Part shown: one piece after another, positions 61,137 to 64,000 of the stretch
Numbering within the stretch: position 1 is the stretch's first letter
How the letters are laid out: each line of letters starts with the position of its first letter
Assembly: GCA_965232515.1 (NCBI GenBank)
Contig: CBDDPY010000002.1
Location: 7,104,001 to 7,168,000, forward strand
DNA: 64,000 nt
Reading direction: 5' to 3'
Origin: Alphaproteobacteria bacterium
GTDB lineage: Bacteria > Pseudomonadota > Alphaproteobacteria > GCA-2731375
Notes under the pieces: generated by a model
Database searches by the model: none
Told to the model about the DNA's origin: nothing
The model's input: the letters and a program-made list of their open reading frames with translations, nothing else
Translations under genes and position numbers: made by a program

Positions 61137-61216
61137 GGCGGGACCCTCCCATTCGTCGAAGCAGCCCCGGACAAACATGACAGGCACACCGTCCCAGGGC
61201 CTGTTTTCAGTAATAA

Positions 61217-61240
61217 TCGTATTACAGTACTTAAATACGA
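61217..61240. promoter_or_regulatory. 24-bp palindromic operator upstream of the thioesterase-pad-hcr operon
   Basis: TCGTA-TTACA-GTAC-TTAAA-TACGA. Confidence 0.75.
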
Positions 61241-61365
61241 ATTTAAACGTCAATGCAAATGTTGATCTCGCGCAGGTGCGCGTCCGTTACGCTCGCTCGG
61301 TCCCACGCCTGTCGGATCGGGCGCCCGTGTGCGAGGCCGACCTTGATGGGTTTGAGAAAGGCGCG

Positions 61366-61497
61366 TTAGTCGAGGCGGACGGACTGGTTCGGCGATTGGT
61401 TGGCGCCGGCGGTCGACTGGCGAAACTGATCCAGCGTCATCCAGGCAGCGAGGCTGATCACGACGATGGCGACGATGCTTACCAGGAAAGCTTTCAC
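61366..61497 (-). CDS. 43-aa small membrane or secreted protein (not in the ORF track)
   Basis: GGAGGG RBS, GTG start, MKAFLVSIVAIVVISLAAWMTLDQFRQSTAGANQSPNQSVRLD*. Confidence 0.7.
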   Translation of the reverse strand: MKAFLVSIVAIVVISLAAWMTLDQFRQSTAGANQSPNQSVRLD

Positions 61498-61559
61498 GTT
61501 CGTCCCCTCCAGATGAGACCGCCAAGGTTATGCCATCTGCGGCAACAGGTGAACCGACA

Positions 61560-62906
61560 CTAGTTCGGCGGTTGCGTGACGCGTTCGAGGTAGCGGATCA
61601 GATCGGCCCGATCCTGCGCATTCGGAATCTTCTGCAGCGGCATTTTGGATCCGGGCGTCAGTGCGTCAGGCCCGATCTCGAACAGCCGGCTTATCGTTTG
61701 CGCGTTCCACACGATGCGGCTCCGCTTGAGAGCTGCGGAGTAGGGGTAGCCGACGGCGCTCCCGGCGCGCCGTCCAAACAGACGATAGAGCGTCGGGCCG
61801 GCCTTGTTCTCGTCATCGGCCGAAACGCTGTGACAGGCAGCGCACTTCCGAAACAACCGGGCGCCGGGATCGCCGGCAACGTCAAGCGCGGCGCGGCGAC
61901 GGTCGGTATTGCCGGTCGAGGCGCCGAGTTCCCGACCCGTTTCGACGGCCCATATCCTGACCACGCCATCCGCTCCGGCGGACAGCAGACGGGTTCCATC
62001 GGGCGAGAACGACAACGACCAGACCGGGCCCTCATGGCCGAAGAGCGCGCGCAGGATCTGCCGGCCGTCGATGCGCCAAAGCAGTATCGTGCCGTTCACG
62101 TCGCCGGACGCCATCCGGGTCCCATCGGCGGAGACGGCGATGGCCAGCACCGGACTGTCATGGCCGAGCAGCAAGCTGTTTTCGCGGCCATCGGCGAGGT
62201 TCCACAGACGTACGGTCTCGTCGCTGGAGGCGGATGCCAGCCAATCGCCGCCGGGGTCCAGCGCAATCGCGTTGACGGCGTAGTCATGGCCGCGCAAGAC
62301 ATCCAGTCGATTGCCGTCGCTGATCCGCCAAACCTGAATGACGCCGTCATAGCCGCCCGTGAGCAGCTGCGCGCCGCCGTTCAGAAAGGCCACGCAATTG
62401 ATGTTGGTGTCCGGCGCGCGCAACACTATCGTCTGCCGACGCGTCGCCAAATCCCAGACGCGTGCGGTCCCGTCCCATCCGCCCGACGCGGCAAGGCGCC
62501 CATCCGGTGATATGGCGACGCTGGCGACCTTACCGGCATGTCCATTGAGCCTGGCTACCAGACGTCGCTGGGACAGATCCCAGAGACCGACGGTGCCGTC
62601 GTCGCTCGCCGAGACGACGCGGGTCCCGTCCGGCGTGATGGCGACGGCATTGACGGCGGCGTCGTGTCCGACCAGCCGGGCCAGCGAACGCTGTTCGTCC
62701 AGGTCCCAGACGATAAGGCTGTAGTCGAAGCTGGCGGAGACCGCTTGACGACCGTCCGGCGACACGGTGACGGCCTTGACGGCGCCGCCATGTCCCGCCA
62801 ATTCAGCCCGTGCCGGTGACGAGGCCGCCCAGACCAGGAACGCGGCGATGACGATTCCGGCGCGGCCGGCCATGGTTGCCATCGCAGGCTGTCGCCGGGG
62901 TTTCAT
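61560..62906 (-). CDS. Secreted WD40 beta-propeller fused to a class I cytochrome c
   Basis: About seven GH...W(D/N) repeats, then CAACH, AGPTL and PGSKMP. Confidence 0.9.
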   Translation of the reverse strand: MKPRRQPAMATMAGRAGIVIAAFLVWAASSPARAELAGHGGAVKAVTVSPDGRQAVSASFDYSLIVWDLDEQRSLARLVGHDAAVNAVAITPDGTRVVSASDDGTVGLWDLSQRRLVARLNGHAGKVASVAISPDGRLAASGGWDGTARVWDLATRRQTIVLRAPDTNINCVAFLNGGAQLLTGGYDGVIQVWRISDGNRLDVLRGHDYAVNAIALDPGGDWLASASSDETVRLWNLADGRENSLLLGHDSPVLAIAVSADGTRMASGDVNGTILLWRIDGRQILRALFGHEGPVWSLSFSPDGTRLLSAGADGVVRIWAVETGRELGASTGNTDRRRAALDVAGDPGARLFRKCAACHSVSADDENKAGPTLYRLFGRRAGSAVGYPYSAALKRSRIVWNAQTISRLFEIGPDALTPGSKMPLQKIPNAQDRADLIRYLERVTQPPN

Positions 62907-62948
62907 GAGACTCAGTCGACGCGCATGCGGGCCAACGACCTCGCCTCC

Positions 62949-64000
62949 TTAGTCGTCCGCGCCGGCGGCGTCGCGCCGAGCCGTCGTGGCCCACAGGCTG
63001 TGGTGTTCTTTCGCCCAGTTCACATCGACCTGCCCGGAACCCATGGCGCCGAACGCGCCCTCCATACCGATGGTGGCGATGTAGATGTGGGCCAAGATCA
63101 GCACGATCAGCGCCAGGCCCATGACGGCGTGCCAGATCTGCGAAAGCTGCATCTCCTGCAGCGCCGTCAATTGGGTCGGCAGATCGAAACCGATCAGATT
63201 GAGCAGTTCGAACGTGCCGCCAAAGAGCGCGAACTGGAACGGAAACATGAGCGCCAGTCCGGACAGACTGATCGACGCGCCGCCCAGCAGGACCAGCCAG
63301 AACACGATCTTCTGGCCGGCGTTGAAGCGCTTCGCCGGCGGATGATTGTTCTTGCCGAACATGCCGCCCCCCTTTGCGAGCCAGGTCAGGTCGGTTCTGT
63401 TGGGCATGTTGTCGCGAATCCACAGCACCAGGATCAGCACGAGGCCAAGCATGAACGCAAAGGCGACGTAGTTGTGGGCATATTTCCCGGCCAGCGTTAC
63501 GGCGGAAAAGAACTCCGCGCCCAGTATCGGCATCAGGACATAGCGGCCGTACAACAGATTCAGACCCGTCAGTCCCAGGACAATGAACGAACCGGCAACC
63601 AGCCAATGGGCGAACCGCTCGAATGCATTGAAGCGCTCTATCGTCCGACCGCTGGCGCCGGCGTCGATCTTGATCCGGCCGCGCAGGGCGAAGAACAGGC
63701 CAAGCAGCACGAGCGTCGCCAGCATCGACCAGCCGCCATAAAGCGTCAGCGGACCGTTCCGCACCGACCGCCAGTTGTCGCCCTCGGATTGAATCATCAC
63801 GCCCGACTGCTTGTCGGGAATCGACACGTTGCCGCGTTCACCCCGGCGGATCGCCCGCCACATTTCAGAATCGCTTGTATCGCCCAGCGTATTTGGGGGA
63901 CCGACACCGCCGACCTGGGCATGTGCAGGCCCAATGGGCGGCGAGATCGGCAATAGCGTTGTAATCGCGAACCCGATCAGAACGATAAACAGTGCATAGG
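62949..64000 (-). CDS. Formate dehydrogenase gamma subunit (cytochrome b), 5' end beyond the window
   Basis: ERFAHW, RFNAGQK, HIYIATIGMEGA..AM..G.V..NWAKEHH. Frame stays open to the window edge. Confidence 0.9.
   Translation of the reverse strand, partial: YALFIVLIGFAITTLLPISPPIGPAHAQVGGVGPPNTLGDTSDSEMWRAIRRGERGNVSIPDKQSGVMIQSEGDNWRSVRNGPLTLYGGWSMLATLVLLGLFFALRGRIKIDAGASGRTIERFNAFERFAHWLVAGSFIVLGLTGLNLLYGRYVLMPILGAEFFSAVTLAGKYAHNYVAFAFMLGLVLILVLWIRDNMPNRTDLTWLAKGGGMFGKNNHPPAKRFNAGQKIVFWLVLLGGASISLSGLALMFPFQFALFGGTFELLNLIGFDLPTQLTALQEMQLSQIWHAVMGLALIVLILAHIYIATIGMEGAFGAMGSGQVDVNWAKEHHSLWATTARRDAAGADD

Overview
High-GC bacterial window, most likely from an alphaproteobacterium (inferred from gene content). 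It holds five blocks. (1) 1.1-15.7 kb is an unusually expanded Fap-type functional amyloid locus: a VpsR-like sigma-54 activator, six FapC-like subunit paralogs (five in a tandem array), fapA, fapB, fapD, fapE, fapF and extra genes. Almost every gene or small unit has its own sigma-54 promoter, eight carry a shared 17-bp enhancer-like motif, and each of the five tandem fapC copies ends in its own terminator. (2) 16.8-27 kb covers iron handling: bfr, bfd, an imelysin/di-heme/DUF1513 cluster and TonB-ExbBD, with three Fur-like boxes. (3) 27.4-40.3 kb is a sugar or polyol catabolic island: ABC transporter, PfkB kinase, SAF-domain oxidoreductase, E1a/E1b/E2 and a SorC/LsrR-family regulator. (4) 40.4-61.1 kb covers anaerobic aromatic degradation (korAB, dch, bcrCBAD, fdx, hcrCAB, padBCD, BadM/BadL-like genes), linked by a 24-bp palindromic operator seen four times. 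(5) The window ends with the tail of a formate dehydrogenase operon. All calls come from motif recognition by eye; no database searches were run.
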